Of a stretch of DNA of 64,000 bases, positions 12,731 through 27,959 are shown in pieces. The notes beneath the pieces are model-generated. The model saw only the letters and a list, made by a program, of their open reading frames with translations, ran no database searches and had not been told where the DNA came from. The stretch's first letter is position 1, and the number at the start of each line of letters is the position of its first letter. Source of the stretch: Eledone cirrhosa (Eukaryota); assembly GCA_964016885.1 (NCBI GenBank), contig OZ024744.1:74958001-75022000 (forward strand), read 5' to 3'. The translations under genes and the position numbers were made by a program.

Positions 12731-12918
12731 TATATATATATATATATAAACAAATGGTGTTGGTCATCCACTTTTCTAAAACACAAATCATACACAAAAC
12801 GCCAGCACCAATAGTTTTGCAACAGGTGTCAACATGAATGGACCTATTATTTTTATCTAAAGACATTTTTTCCAATTCCATCCCGCCCGTCACCTCAATC
12901 TATTTTATTTCTCATCGT

Positions 12919-12955
12919 TTCTTCTGATGAAGGACTAGCGTCCGAAACGTTAGGA
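12919..12955 (+). ncRNA. Minimal type I hammerhead (PLE-type; stem I decayed)
   Basis: CTGATGA-A-GGAC-TAGC-GTCC-GAAACGTTA. The downstream tail 12985-13045 recurs inverted at 58082-58145. Confidence 0.7.
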
Positions 12956-13039
12956 CCCTCTTCCGGCTATATCAAGCGTTAACCTAACATATACCTTCCA
13001 TATACTGCACCGATTGTGTTGTTATTTCTGTTTACCTTT

Positions 13040-13152
<113 letters not shown>

Positions 13153-13357
13153 ATATTTGGGGAGGGTCATATTTGCGTAATATTGCCAGAATTAATAACA
13201 GAACACACTCACTGTTTGGTTGGTTTTCGCTTCTCGCTGTCTTTTATATCTGCGGTCTAACTTACTCGGTCCTCAACGTTGCCATTGACTGACCGACGGT
13301 CAAAAATAATACAGATACAATATAGACACAAACACATATATATAGTTTACATAATTT

Positions 13358-13397
13358 ACATAAATCTTTCGTTGCACATCTGCAACATCGTCAGTGG
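13358..13397 (-). ncRNA. Type I hammerhead in the PLE 3' UTR
   Basis: CCA-CTGACGA-T-GTTGCA-GATG-TGCAAC-GAAAG-AT-TTA-TGT; sense to the PLE ORF. Confidence 0.75.
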
Positions 13398-13679
13398 TGT
13401 TATATTCATTGTTCCTCCTGTTGTGTTGTATGTCTACGCCATTTTTTATTCAGTCTGTCTATATATTTATTTATTTATTTATTTGCTTGTTTGTTTATCT
13501 TATTTTATTTTGTCTTCTTTGCGCATGCGTTTGCGTGTGTGTATAGTGCTATGTGTGATGTGTGACTAGTGTGTATAGTGTTGTGTCTGCTGGGTGACTA
13601 GTGTGTGTTTATGTGCTTGTTGTTATTGTGCTTGTGTATGTATTTATTTATCTTATTTTATTTAATTTTATTTACTTAT

Positions 13680-14420
13680 TTATACTTCTCTTAGGTCAGT
13701 GTTGTTTGTTTGGGTGTTGTTGTTGTTCCACTCATTCTTTCTGTTTAGCTTTGGCCTTCTAATTTCTATTTCACTGGCCTCTCTGATTTGCCTATCTGCT
13801 GGGTCATTCCTATGTTTAGATATTATTCTAATTTCTATGTTGTCTATGTTACCGTCATGTTGTTGTTTAGCATGTTCGTATAGTACTGACCCGTTTTTTC
13901 GTCCTTTTAGTTCCCCCCAGTGTTGGTCTATCCTTTCACCTATGCTACGAGCTGTCTCACCTATGTATGTTGTTGTCATGTTTCTGCAAGTACCCTCTGT
14001 ACATCTTATGCTATAGACTACGTTTCTAGTTTTACAGTTTATCCGGGGGTTCACCTTACATATGATACACTTCCTATTGGTACAGTGGGTTTTCTTAAAA
14101 GGGTAGGTTTTGCTGATCAGGGATTTTATGGTGGTTTCTGGCTTTTCTACCACCTTTATTTTTAAGTGGGTCTTTCTCAGGGCCTTTCTACACTGGTTAG
14201 CTAATTTCCCTCCAGGGGTGGCGTCCACAAACATGACACTCTGATATCTCTGGTTGTCGTACCATGATGTGGCCTTCCCTATCTTATGTCTAGCCCTATC
14301 TAAGCTATTCCATGATTTGCTCCTGTATAGTGGGCAAATTCCTTTCATGTCCAGTTCTATGAGGGTCTTATACTTTTCCATGGCTCCTTTGTATACTCTG
14401 ACTCTGTCTCTCAGAGAACT
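13680..14420 (-). CDS. PLE thumb/linker, Cys-rich segment and GIY-YIG endonuclease (frameshifted from the RT ORF)
   Basis: HCTNRKCIIC..NCKTRNVVYSIRC...YIGETARSIGERIDQH...RQIREASEI...PKLNRKNEW. Confidence 0.9.
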   Translation of the reverse strand, partial: SSLRDRVRVYKGAMEKYKTLIELDMKGICPLYRSKSWNSLDRARHKIGKATSWYDNQRYQSVMFVDATPGGKLANQCRKALRKTHLKIKVVEKPETTIKSLISKTYPFKKTHCTNRKCIICKVNPRINCKTRNVVYSIRCTEGTCRNMTTTYIGETARSIGERIDQHWGELKGRKNGSVLYEHAKQQHDGNIDNIEIRIISKHRNDPADRQIREASEIEIRRPKLNRKNEWNNNNTQTNNTDLREV

Positions 14421-15897
14421 GTATGCGGTTGATGAAGTGTTGGATGTGTCCTTCCATTTCTGTTGGGTCGCACATGCTGGACACATTCTTCATCACTCGT
14501 ACCAAATCTGCGATCAGAATATTAAACTTAGCACTACTGGACATTGCTGAGTTTTTGAGTATCAGGTATTTGGAGGCCATGGGTTTAGCATAGTGTGAGT
14601 GGAGAATTTGGGCTCTCTCGTCTATAGTGTTAATCCAGAGTTCTGTGTCTAATACAGGTAGTCTATTGTTAGGGTGTTTGGAAGGGAAGTCTATAGTTAC
14701 AGTTATACTCTGGTGTATGGAATTAGCTAGCTGCTGGATGCTTTCCATCGTGCTACGTTCTAAATCAAACTTGTTAGTGCTCTCTAGTGGGGGTGTTCTT
14801 ATAACTATATTGATATCGTCTACATAACGAGAGTACATGATGAGGTCTATGGAGCTTTCATTAAGGAGATCTTTAAGTCTCCTTTCCCACCATACCATGA
14901 AAAGGTTGGCAACATCACCAGCTATGCTGACGCCGATGGCTGCTCCCTCATTTTGGGTGTAGATTTTCTCATTGAACTTAAATATGTGGCCCTTTAGGGT
15001 AGTTTTGATACTAGCCCCTATTGCATGTGCGACCATTTTTCTTACCTGATCAGTGTTTTGGGGGGTCCGTATGGCTTTGGTCCACCCAATCCACCTTCCT
15101 ATGGGAGTCTTTTTAGCCATTGAGGTTATGGTGGGGGGTCTACCTCTTATAGGTCTACTAGGGCAGAAACATCTAAGGTCATGGCTGTCTAGGTAGTCAG
15201 TGTCGTAGGTAAGTCTAAGTAGGAGGCCCAGTTCGTCTGTGTCGACGTCGCAGAACTCCACCTCACTCTCAATGATCATCTCCACACATCTTTTCACAGC
15301 AAAATCAATGTTAATGGATGGGTACAGTGACACCACATCCATGCTGCCTATTATGCAGTTGGATAGGCTCCTGTTTTTGTTGCACTCACTGATTCTGCTG
15401 AGGAGGTCCTCTGTACTTTCACATACATCTGGGGACATCTTGATTATGGGGCGTATAACCATTGAGAGGAAGTAGGAGATCCTGTAGTTGCTAGCTATAT
15501 TAGCTCCGCATACGGGTCTTGTTGGTGGTCCTGTTGTCGGGTCGTCGACTGTCTTGTGGTCTTTGCGGAGCCCATACAAGGGTGGTATGCCATTGTTAGA
15601 CGCCTGGAAGTTGTTGGCAGTGCGTCTGCTTGGCTTTAGGATGTCAGTCCACATCATCATGTGAGCGTTGAGGATTTTTTCTCTCCCATCGTGTGTTAGT
15701 TGTGCAACTTCGCTCGTGTTGGTGATGTGGGGTTGCATTGCCTCGATGTAGTTCGGCATGCTATCTATTGACATCCTACCAGACTTATCTGTGGGTAGAC
15801 ACACTACCTCACCATCCCTTGTGCGCTGCTTGAGGCTAACCAAGCCTTCTACAGGTTTTCTCCTAAGTTGTTGGGCCTCTGGTCTGCTCTGTCTCAT
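14368..15897 (-). CDS. PLE reverse transcriptase
   Basis: PTDKSG, RPVCG, SMDVVSLYPSI, EGAAIG..AGDVANLFM, YSRYVDD and LPVLD motifs; frameshift near 14420. Confidence 0.93.
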   Translation of the reverse strand: MRQSRPEAQQLRRKPVEGLVSLKQRTRDGEVVCLPTDKSGRMSIDSMPNYIEAMQPHITNTSEVAQLTHDGREKILNAHMMMWTDILKPSRRTANNFQASNNGIPPLYGLRKDHKTVDDPTTGPPTRPVCGANIASNYRISYFLSMVIRPIIKMSPDVCESTEDLLSRISECNKNRSLSNCIIGSMDVVSLYPSINIDFAVKRCVEMIIESEVEFCDVDTDELGLLLRLTYDTDYLDSHDLRCFCPSRPIRGRPPTITSMAKKTPIGRWIGWTKAIRTPQNTDQVRKMVAHAIGASIKTTLKGHIFKFNEKIYTQNEGAAIGVSIAGDVANLFMVWWERRLKDLLNESSIDLIMYSRYVDDINIVIRTPPLESTNKFDLERSTMESIQQLANSIHQSITVTIDFPSKHPNNRLPVLDTELWINTIDERAQILHSHYAKPMASKYLILKNSAMSSSAKFNILIADLVRVMKNVSSMCDPTEMEGHIQHFINRIQFSERQSQSIQRSHGKV

Positions 15898-16722
15898 AGT
15901 GTACCTGTCTACTACCTGTCTAATCTTATTTCTAGCTATGGTGGATCATAACGCACCAGAGTGCTCAATACTTAGGGTAGTAGTGTGGGTAATAGGAAAA
16001 TGTTTAACCTCGACGGCAGAGCTCAAGCCGTTTCGATGGCTATTTCTGGACTAAATTAGAATTTTTAGCGAGGTAATAAATAGCCGAAATTTTGAAGGGG
16101 TAATTCCTTATATGAGAAGATTGTAGTTGTCAAAAGGATTGGTCAGAATTTCTTGTAAACACAATTAAGTCTCTCTTGGTGGTAGGTGGGAGGTCGGGGT
16201 GGCTGAATTTACCTGTAGAACAATGAGGGAGTCGGTGGAGCGGGTCAGCGTTGAAAGTGAATTCTATACAGCAAATTCTAAGGAGTGTATATGAAATTAG
16301 GCTTGGTAGAAAACAGGTGAAAAATAATGAATTCTGGGGGAATTTGATAGTAGGACGTTATAAAATTAAAAGGTAAATAAATTGAGATTAAAAGATAATA
16401 AATAAAAAAAAATAATAAAAAAATTAAATAGTAGCAGATAACAAAAATCTCTAGAGTCTAAAGCAGCTGTTATATTTTTAGCTGGTTTTGCGTTTTCGGC
16501 CAATGCTATATAGAATTTACTGGGATGGGGTTACTGAGTCTACAATGGGCTGCCTCAGGATGGGCGAAAGAGGAAAAAGGAAAAGAAAGGGGAGAGGGAG
16601 TGGAAGGAAGTGAAAGGAAGAGATAAAGGGAAAAAGAAAAGAAGTACATCTACCTATATATGCTTGGAGTTTCCCCAATCTTGTTCGGCAAGTGTGGAAA
16701 AGAAGGATGTTGCTGTCATTTT

Positions 16723-18630
16723 CTACCTACCCGGGTCATGAGGGGGTTTGAGGCCGAGGTAAGTCCTATGCAATCGGTGTTTACATGCAGTTACAAGTTC
16801 GTCTTTTTTGTTTAGGAGTTGGTCCTTCGTAAACAACATTTGTATTGTTTCCTCCGAGCATAAGTTACACGGACGGCGTCCTCCCTTGTAGGAGTTAGCC
16901 CTGGACAGTAAGCTCAAAGTAAGATTGTGTGTTATGTTGTTATTTTAGTGGTCCCATATGTGGCCCGAAAGTGTAGTGGCATGTCGCCAGGCCGGGTTTC
17001 GGAACGTATGTCGGTGTTGGTAGAGCCGGGTCTTAAAGTCACAAGCGATTAATCCTATATAGACTTTGATGGAGTTTTCTGTCCTCGCGTTGCATTGGAA
17101 GATCACGTTATGTTATCGGCATCTGTTATTGAGGGGGCACGTAGAAATATCAGGGTAGTTTCACCTTCTGGTCGGCTCTCCACTGATGTCTAGGTTGTTT
17201 CTTCCATAGGAGTTGAGTTTCTTGTTGTTTGATGAGGCGTTGGTTTGTGCGAAGTTGGGTGTCGTGCTGTAAAAGATATTGACAGTATTTTTGTTGATTA
17301 TGTTTTGGTAGCGGTGTTGTGGTGGGAAGTGTTTTTCGAGGAGCCTAAAGAAGATTTTCCTGATTGGTTTGGCCACCTCGGCATTGTGGGGCGGGTTAAA
17401 CCACGTTACGTGGCGTGAGCGGCGGCGTCGCCTGCTGGTTCCGCTAAGGAAAGCTGGATAAAAGGAGTATTCCTCTCGAAAGCCGCTTCGACTGAGGGCT
17501 TGATTGTAATAAGGCGCATATTCATCGAATATTTGCTCATTAGCGGACAAAGGAGATATGCGGAGGGAGATGTTTTTAACCAGGTTATTGGTTATGTTTC
17601 CAGGATCGTTAGAGCGACGGTGGATGTAGGGAAGGTTGCCGTTTTGTTTCCTGTATGGGTAGTACAGATCATTTTCGAGTTTGAGGGTAACGTCCAGGAA
17701 ATTGACTCGGGTTAGGGACGTTTGTAGGGTGATTTTAAATCCTCAGTCCCGTAAGAAGTTGATTAGTTGTTTACGGACCCGGTCTGTACTACTACACTTT
17801 GAGGATAAATATCCACCGCCGAATGCTGGCAACATTTCGGTGAGTTTATGTAGTAGGAATAATCCTATAAGATTGGTCACCTCGGCCGAGTCGGGAGTTC
17901 TCTTTATCCACTTGGAGTTGTCGAAAAGGAGGACTGTCTTCCTGGCGTGGAGAATGATGTTTCTTTCCTGGTCGGTGATGCGTGTGGTTGTTTTGGCAAA
18001 GTCTAAAGCGGCTGTAAGGAGCGGTAAGGTAATAGAGGTGTAATAGCTCTCTATGTCGAACTGGAAGAATTTGGTGTCCCGTTTGTCCTCAATATTCCTG
18101 AACCATGAGATGTCTTCCTGGGTGCTGACCCAAGAGCTATGTCTCGCGTTTTGCTTAACTTTTGGTATAACGTGATCTAGGATCTTTTTACAGATTCTCC
18201 CTATGTCCGACTTCGTCGGGTTTATAAGCCTGTTGGATGGTTTGCGGTCGAAATCGGATTTATGGTCCTTCAGGTTGAAATAGGGAGTCCGTGGGTCGAG
18301 AGGTTCAGTGCGGTCGGCAACTCCGAGGTTGGGAGTAATTTGTTGTCCCATCTAGATTTAAGTCATTTAATTTTTGAAAGGTTAGCCTTTTTGTAGGTGG
18401 AATTCAGGCTGCTCCTGATAATTGTGTGGTATCTGTCAGGGTTGACGAAATAGAGGTTTCCAGTTTTGTCCGAATGCACCAGGATGTCGTTGGTGCATTC
18501 ATACACCGTTATTTTGCTACGCAGTTGTTGTAGGAATCGCTTTTATCTGGGTTTAAATTTTATACCCTTGATCAGGTGGAAGAGGTCGTTCTCGAGGGTG
18601 AGAGCATAGGGTTCGGTGGGGGAGATTTTA
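16723..18630 (-). pseudogene. Disrupted PLE RT + GIY-YIG ORF
   Basis: RLINPTKSDIGRICK, FDIESYYTSI, NFLDVTLKL, WFNPP, VYIGL, CNLCSEE..LLNKKDELVTACKHR; several frameshifts; the YRDD region is deleted. Confidence 0.88.
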
Positions 18631-18951
18631 AAAAAAAAATGGTTTTTTTTAAATTTATTATCTTTTAATCTCAATTTATTAACCTTTTAATTTTATAACG
18701 TCCCACTATCAAATTCCCCCAGAATTCTTTTTCGCCTGCTTTCTACCTAGAGTAATTTCATATACACTCCTTAGAATTTGCTGTATAGAATTCACTTTCA
18801 ACTCTTGACCGGCTCCACCGACTCCATCATTGTTCTACAGGCAAGTTCAGCCGTCCCGACCTCCCACCTACCACCAAGAAAGACTTAATTGTATTTACAA
18901 GAAATTTTGACCAATCCTTTTGACAACTACAATCTTTCCATATAAGGAATT

Positions 18952-19046
18952 ACCCCTTCAAAAGTTCGGCTATTTATTACAACGCTAAACATTCTAATTT
19001 AGTCCAGAAATAACCATCGAAACGGATTGAGCTCTGCCGTCGGTGT
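18952..19046 (+). ncRNA. Hammerhead-like fold with non-canonical core TTCAAAA (family G; mirror copy 16007-16101 on -)
   Basis: ACCCC-TTCAAAA-..GGCTATTT...AAATA(G/A)CC-ATC-GAAACGG(C/A)T-TGAGCTC-TGCCGTC-GGTGT. Confidence 0.55.
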
Positions 19047-19556
19047 TAAACATTTTCCCATATACATGTGTGTGTGTAGGTGTGTGTGTGTGTGTGTGTA
19101 TGTATATAGATATATAATTAGAAAGGGATAGAAAGAGAGAGACAAAGAGTGGGGGTGATAGGAAATTGACTAAATATAGATAGGCATGCAAGTTTACTCG
19201 TAATGAAATTCTTTATGTTGAATACCGTAAAATGACATTTGAAAGAAAATGCTTGTACACGAAATGGCGAATAATTCTTTCAACACAAATATATAAAAGA
19301 TGAGTGTTTACTTATTAACACACACATACACGCGCACATACACACACAAACACAGGCCCGCACACACACACACACACACACACACACTCTCTAACTCTGT
19401 ATATGTATAGATACATATATATATTGTGTTCGGAAAAGATTGTTTTGGTAAAAACAGGAGTAAGCAGGAGAAAGCTCTCAACAATCGTTATTTTTTGTTA
19501 CGATGGAGAATTTTATAAAAATAAAATAAGATGCTGAGGTTACATATATCGTTTAA

Positions 19557-19644
19557 TCATTATAATTATTTCTACGGTTCTCCATGCAGTCGAGATGTCC
19601 TTCATGCATTTGCTGTTGAATATGAGAACGGTTTCCTCAGATGA
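19557..19644 (-). ncRNA. Type I hammerhead with 61-nt domain II (family J)
   Basis: TCAT-CTGAGGA-A-ACCGTTCTC...GAGAACCGT-A-GAAAT-AATT-ATA-ATGA. Confidence 0.8.
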
Positions 19645-19702
19645 AAATCGATATATTTGATATGTCGCTGACAGGAAAACACACACCCTAATGTCTGTGT
19701 GC

Positions 19703-19839
<137 letters not shown>

Positions 19840-20016
19840 CATATATATATTATGTATATGCATATATATGCATATATATGCATATATAAGGCGTCGAGAG
19901 CATAGTTCAGCATATACGTGTATCATGTGTAATGTGTTTCTGTACGTTATTCCGGAAAAGTGTGGGGTGTATGATGTGAACGAATAAAATTATACGCACC
20001 TCTGCATATGCATTAA

Positions 20017-20017
<1 letters not shown>

Positions 20018-20066
<49 letters not shown>

Positions 20067-20067
20067 A

Positions 20068-20102
<35 letters not shown>

Positions 20103-20128
20103 ACAGGAGTAGTAGTAGCAGTAGCAGT
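20018..20128. repeat. (AGT)n microsatellite, followed by long compound (TA)n/(TACA)n tracts to about 22460
   Basis: Seen directly. Confidence 0.95.
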
Positions 20129-20163
20129 ATTACTGGTAGTGCACACACTCACACATACATACA

Positions 20164-20288
<125 letters not shown>

Positions 20289-20437
20289 GTATATATGTAT
20301 ATATGTATGTATATATATATATATATATATATTCATATGTATATATATATTATGTATATATATACATATATATATATATATGTACATATGTGTATGTATA
20401 TATATATATATATATAAATATATATACATATATATAT

Positions 20438-20489
<52 letters not shown>

Positions 20490-20730
20490 ATTTATATATA
20501 CACATAAACATAAATATAGCTTATGGTTTTCAAAAGTTTTAACTTTGTGTCACAACACAAAGCTGAAGCATAATAGAGTTCAAGAAAATGGTAAGAAAGA
20601 ATATAAAACGTCAAAACCATACCGTCTTATTTTGTCTGCTAGCAGAATAACTCACAATTTTAACATGTTCTCAGTTGGAATGTAATAAGCTTTTTATATA
20701 TTATTTCATTTAGTTTTTAGTGAGTATGTT

Positions 20731-20788
<58 letters not shown>

Positions 20789-20891
20789 TTTTATATATAT
20801 GTATGTATATATGTATATATGCATCCACGTATGTATGTATGCACGTATGTACTTATCTATGTATGTATATATTTATATTTATATATATGTG

Positions 20892-20923
<32 letters not shown>

Positions 20924-20998
20924 CAAATGTATATTCATACACAAACACACGTATGTTTGTATTTATATACATATATACATATACAAATATATATATAT

Positions 20999-21116
<118 letters not shown>

Positions 21117-21358
21117 GATTTGCGCGTTTGCTTATTTTTAATGTAAAAATTTCTATTTTATATATTTTATATTTTTTTAGAGTTTATTATTTTCTACATA
21201 ACGTTTCCCGCATTTTGAAGAATGAAATCTAAACAAGGAAAAATTGATATATGAAAGAGAAAATTAATTCGAAAACAAGCCACTTTGTGTGTATATTTGC
21301 GCGTGTGCGTGTAATGTGTACGTAAAGATAAGTGTGTCCGCATATGTAACTGATCGTA

Positions 21359-21456
<98 letters not shown>

Positions 21457-21492
21457 TATATACACATATTCATATGCATATATATACACATT

Positions 21493-21569
<77 letters not shown>

Positions 21570-22004
21570 CATATATATGCCTTCGGATCTCTATTTTGAT
21601 ATTTTGATATATGTATATATATATATATATATATATACAGATATATACATACATACACACACACGTGTGTGTGTAGCTGTGTGTATGTACGTATGTATGT
21701 ATATAATAAATATTACACTGAATTTGCGTAAGTGCACGTGTGTTTGGATTTGTTTGTTTCCAAGTTTGGCCGTGTATCAGTGAATATATTTATTTTATTT
21801 TTCGCTATCAGTTTCACTGAGTGTGTTGTTCTGTGTGTATACAGTTTTAAAAGTGATTCATCTAGCTTTATAATCGCTGTGAAACATATTCCTATATAGC
21901 TGTTTACCTTTGCTTATATGTATGTTCGCAAATATACACAGGCACAACACGTAAACGTAGACATATAGACACCTATACATTCATATTCACACACACGCAC
22001 ACTG

Positions 22005-22072
<68 letters not shown>

Positions 22073-22117
22073 ATTTATATATAAAACATATATAAAATAT
22101 ATATATATGTATATATA

Positions 22118-22151
<34 letters not shown>

Positions 22152-22159
22152 GTATATAT

Positions 22160-22245
<86 letters not shown>

Positions 22246-22382
22246 CATCTAATTTTGTAGATACGTGCGCATGTATATATGTCTTAGGTCTGCGTATGAT
22301 TAAGCAATTTTAGGAATATTTTGAGAAAATGAATTTCAACAAGCCATGATATATATATACTTTATATATATATATGTAAATA

Positions 22383-22438
<56 letters not shown>

Positions 22439-23036
22439 CATATATATATACATATATATACGTATATTAAAATACCGTAACCGTACATGTCTACTTGCTT
22501 ATACATTCAAGTTTATGATTTTATTTTGTACCTTTTTTACAATTTTATTATATATAACGCAAAGTAAAAATGTATAAGTTAATATATATTTGTATGCGTT
22601 TGTGCATGCACAGGTATATTTCCGTGTGCAAAAGACACTTTCTGTGAGTGTGTGCGTTTACGTTACATCTATGTATTTATATATGTATGCATTATTGTAT
22701 GTGTATATGTATGCATCTATGCCTGTATTTTTGTATGTATTTATATATGTCAATGTGTGAGTGTATTTGTGTGCTTAAACCATTTTTAACTTTGAATATC
22801 ATGTCAAATAGAAGTCCTAAGATCGTAAATATGATGCATTGCGTTGAGATTTCTCACATGTTTACATACACATCCAAGAATATAAGAAAGTATACACATA
22901 TAAATATATATATATCTGTCTACACACATATACACACACACACACTCTCTCTCGCACACACACACACACATATACAATTATATGAAAGCATATGTATATG
23001 TATATATATATAACTATATGAAAGCATATATATATA

Positions 23037-23083
<47 letters not shown>

Positions 23084-23264
23084 ATTTGTTTTTATTTTTT
23101 CATATTTAATTGTGTAATTCGCCGAAAGTCACAACTTGTCTTTTGCCTTCTTCTTTTGTTGCAACCCAACGTGAATTGGAATGAATAGCCCAGCCTTAAT
23201 GAACTGAAACTATGATGATTTCCAGAGCTTGACTGAAAAGAAGGGACTGTTTGTTTTCCCATTG

Positions 23265-23314
<50 letters not shown>

Positions 23315-23329
23315 GTGAGTATATATATA

Positions 23330-23527
23330 TACTCACTGGAGCAACATGAAATAAAATGTCTTGCTCAAGGAAACAATACATCACCCTATCCGAGAATTGA
23401 ACTCACAACCTTTCGATTGCAAGCCCAATACTCTAACCACTAAGCAATATACCCGGGTGATGTGTTGTTTCCTTGAGCAAGACATTTTATTTCACGTTGC
23501 TCCAGTTTACTCAGCTGTAGAAATGAG
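23330..23527. mobile_element. Inverted pair of CORE-type tRNA SINE fragments
   Basis: TTCCTTGAGCAAGACATTTTATTTCA on both strands. Confidence 0.75.
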
Positions 23528-23551
23528 ATGATAGGACTGGGGTCCCTATCA

Positions 23552-23701
<150 letters not shown>

Positions 23702-24151
23702 AGAAGTTATACCGAAACCGGTGACTTTCCTTAATTGTTTGCAACAATATAAACACAAATGATCCCTAAATTAATGATTATCTGTATTTATTAATGCCAG
23801 GACTTCTATCTCCAGCATTAGAAACTCTTTATTTCCCCCATTCTCTAAACAAAATATTTTTCTTTTATCTTTTTAGAGAGAAGGCTATTGACTATCTACC
23901 TCTTCAGATATGGCAATATTTGGCGTGGGCTGGAAGAAGATATATCTACATCGAAGAACATGCCCGAATGCTTAGAAAAGAGGAAACACCTCAAAAACAC
24001 CCAAGGGACAGATAGTGGTGTTTAACTAGGAGAGTAATTGAGCTCAACATAAAGTAGGCAATGACAGGATTTGATCGAGAACGAAAATATATTTCAACCA
24101 ACTCTCTAACTATACAGCCAGCCAATCTTTCTCTCACACTCTCTCTCTCTA

Positions 24152-24231
<80 letters not shown>

Positions 24232-24232
<1 letters not shown>

Positions 24233-24790
24233 TTTCTGAATTTGTTTAGCAAGATTTTTTATCTGAAAACGTGTGTTGAAACCGATATTGTTATACTTTG
24301 GGAGGGTCATGTTGCCAATAAGAAACACACGCACCAGCTTCTTTCACTTCAATGTATTATAATCAATTTATAAATTTAGGAATTTATAAATTTCCGGTTG
24401 GTTGGCTGGTTGGTTGGTTGGTTCCACAACCAGATGATTGTTTATATATTGTCAAAGTTATTTCGTCACACATTGTGTGACCTCTTCAGTGACTGGGGAT
24501 TCTTTTCTTTGTTTTTTGTGCCTCTCCTTTGTTCTGTCCCACAAAAACAAGATGGCGTGGGACAGAACAACGGAGAGGCACAAAAACAAAGAAAATAATC
24601 CCCAGTCACTGAAGAGGTCACAGAATGTGTGACGAATGAACTTTGACAATATATAAACAATCATCTGGTTGTGGAACCAACCAACCAACCGGAAATTTAT
24701 AAATTTATTATAATAAATTGAAGTGAAAGCAACTGCAACTGGTGCGTGTGTTTCTTATTGGCAACATGACCCTCCCAAAGTATAACAATA
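24232..24790. mobile_element. Palindromic PLE pLTR cassette (family B) with two inverted hammerheads (24451-24493 -, 24605-24647 +)
   Basis: Arms 24285-24545 / 24557-24790; same sequence as the 3' UTR of the PLE at 62310-63470. HHR GTCA-CTGAAGA-G-GTCACAC-AAT-GTGTGAC-GAAA..CTT-TGAC. Confidence 0.85.
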
Positions 24791-24794
24791 TATA

Positions 24795-25569
24795 TATATA
24801 TATATATAACGGAAGATGTCTGTCTGTGTATGTGTATGATTTTTGTACATTTCCACATTTCTCTACTGATTTTGATGATTTTTTTTCCTATGTGCTCCAA
24901 ATTTACCAAAGATGGTCAACGCGTCGTAAACTTTACCAAAAATGTCCTGCTTCCATGAAAAAAATCGATAAAACTAAATACATGCTGTAACCCTCTCTCT
25001 GACACGCTTATTCACTCTCTCTACTACCCAACAGCGACAGATATCCCGTTCCCAATTCCCGGTGAGACCATGTTTTTAACAAATCACAAGGGGCAAATAT
25101 TGTCGGTGGTGGGCATCCATTTGGGGGAGCCATGCTTCTCCCATGGCCAACTTTATGTTGCCTGTTCCCGCGTAGGGAACAGGAATGGACCTTTTGCTTA
25201 CATTCCTCAAGGGATGACACGCAATATCGTCTACAAAGAGGTGCTATAGATGTTGGTGCAGGTGTTGGAGGTTTGGAGCTATGCCGTCTGGAAAACTATT
25301 TCTGGGTGTGAGATCTGGCGGACAGATCTGACACCCAGGGGCACCAGGGCCACCATCTTGCAACTCTGGTCTGCTAAATTCGCTATTGGAAGATTATTAA
25401 CCCATCATTGATTCTCCAAAATACTAATTGGTTCGTAACATTTAATAACCGGTTCAAATGCTTTATGCACTTAATTGATAAGCTTATTCGCTTTCAAGCC
25501 ACGTTTACCTGTATGTAACTTTTCATAGCAAATGAACAAACCCGAGCAACGCCGGGCTAAACTGCTAGT
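24795..25569 (+). mobile_element. Non-autonomous Helitron with PIF1-helicase C-terminal remnant (25050-25249)
   Basis: QFPVRPCF..NKSQG/ILSVVGIHLGEPCFSHGQLYVACSRVG..TRNIVYKEVL*; 3' hairpin CCCGAGCAACGCCGGG followed by CTAG-T at 25541-25569; GTCTGTCTGT 5' region. Confidence 0.9.
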
Positions 25570-25580
25570 ATATATATATG

Positions 25581-27426
<1,846 letters not shown>

Positions 27427-27432
27427 TATACA

Positions 27433-27515
<83 letters not shown>

Positions 27516-27554
27516 ATATATATAATATATAATATAATCTATATATATATCATG

Positions 27555-27688
27555 TTATTTTATTTTATCGACCCTGAAAGTATGAAAGGCAAAGTTTACA
27601 TTGGTTTATGAACTCAAGGTACAGGGATGAACTAATTATCGCAAAGCATTATGTCCTATACTCGAATGATGTTGCCAATTCCCCGACT
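27555..27688 (-). mobile_element. Degenerate tRNA-derived SINE
   Basis: TTTTATCGACCCTGAAAGTATGAAAGGCAAAG..GAACTCA. Confidence 0.65.
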
Positions 27689-27959
27689 AAATATACTTTG
27701 CTAGCTGCAAAAAACTGTAACTATTCTGTATTTGTGTTATTGGGTTGTAACATAAATTCCCGCCGTTATGATAATTTGTTTGTCTTTAGAAATCGGCGGG
27801 ATTTTATGTTACAATCTAATAAAGAAGATATTTGAACTCGTGAATTATAAAAATGCAGTTGTTATTCTTCATAACTTTATGTCTCATTTTGCAAATGAAT
27901 TTAGATTTCAGTTGAAAATATTATCACTAAAACGTGTTACTCGGATATCCTATTTATAC

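Larger units (their letters stand above)
15940..19060 (-). mobile_element. Penelope-like element of a second lineage (decayed) with 3' pLTR and inverted 5' pLTR copy (18645-19060)
   Basis: Coding remnants 16723-18630; 16000-16420 is the reverse complement of 18645-19058. Confidence 0.9.

Noticed and set aside
23800-23915. CTGAAGA on the minus strand at 23903-23909
   Set aside because: No compatible GAAA, stem III or stem I.
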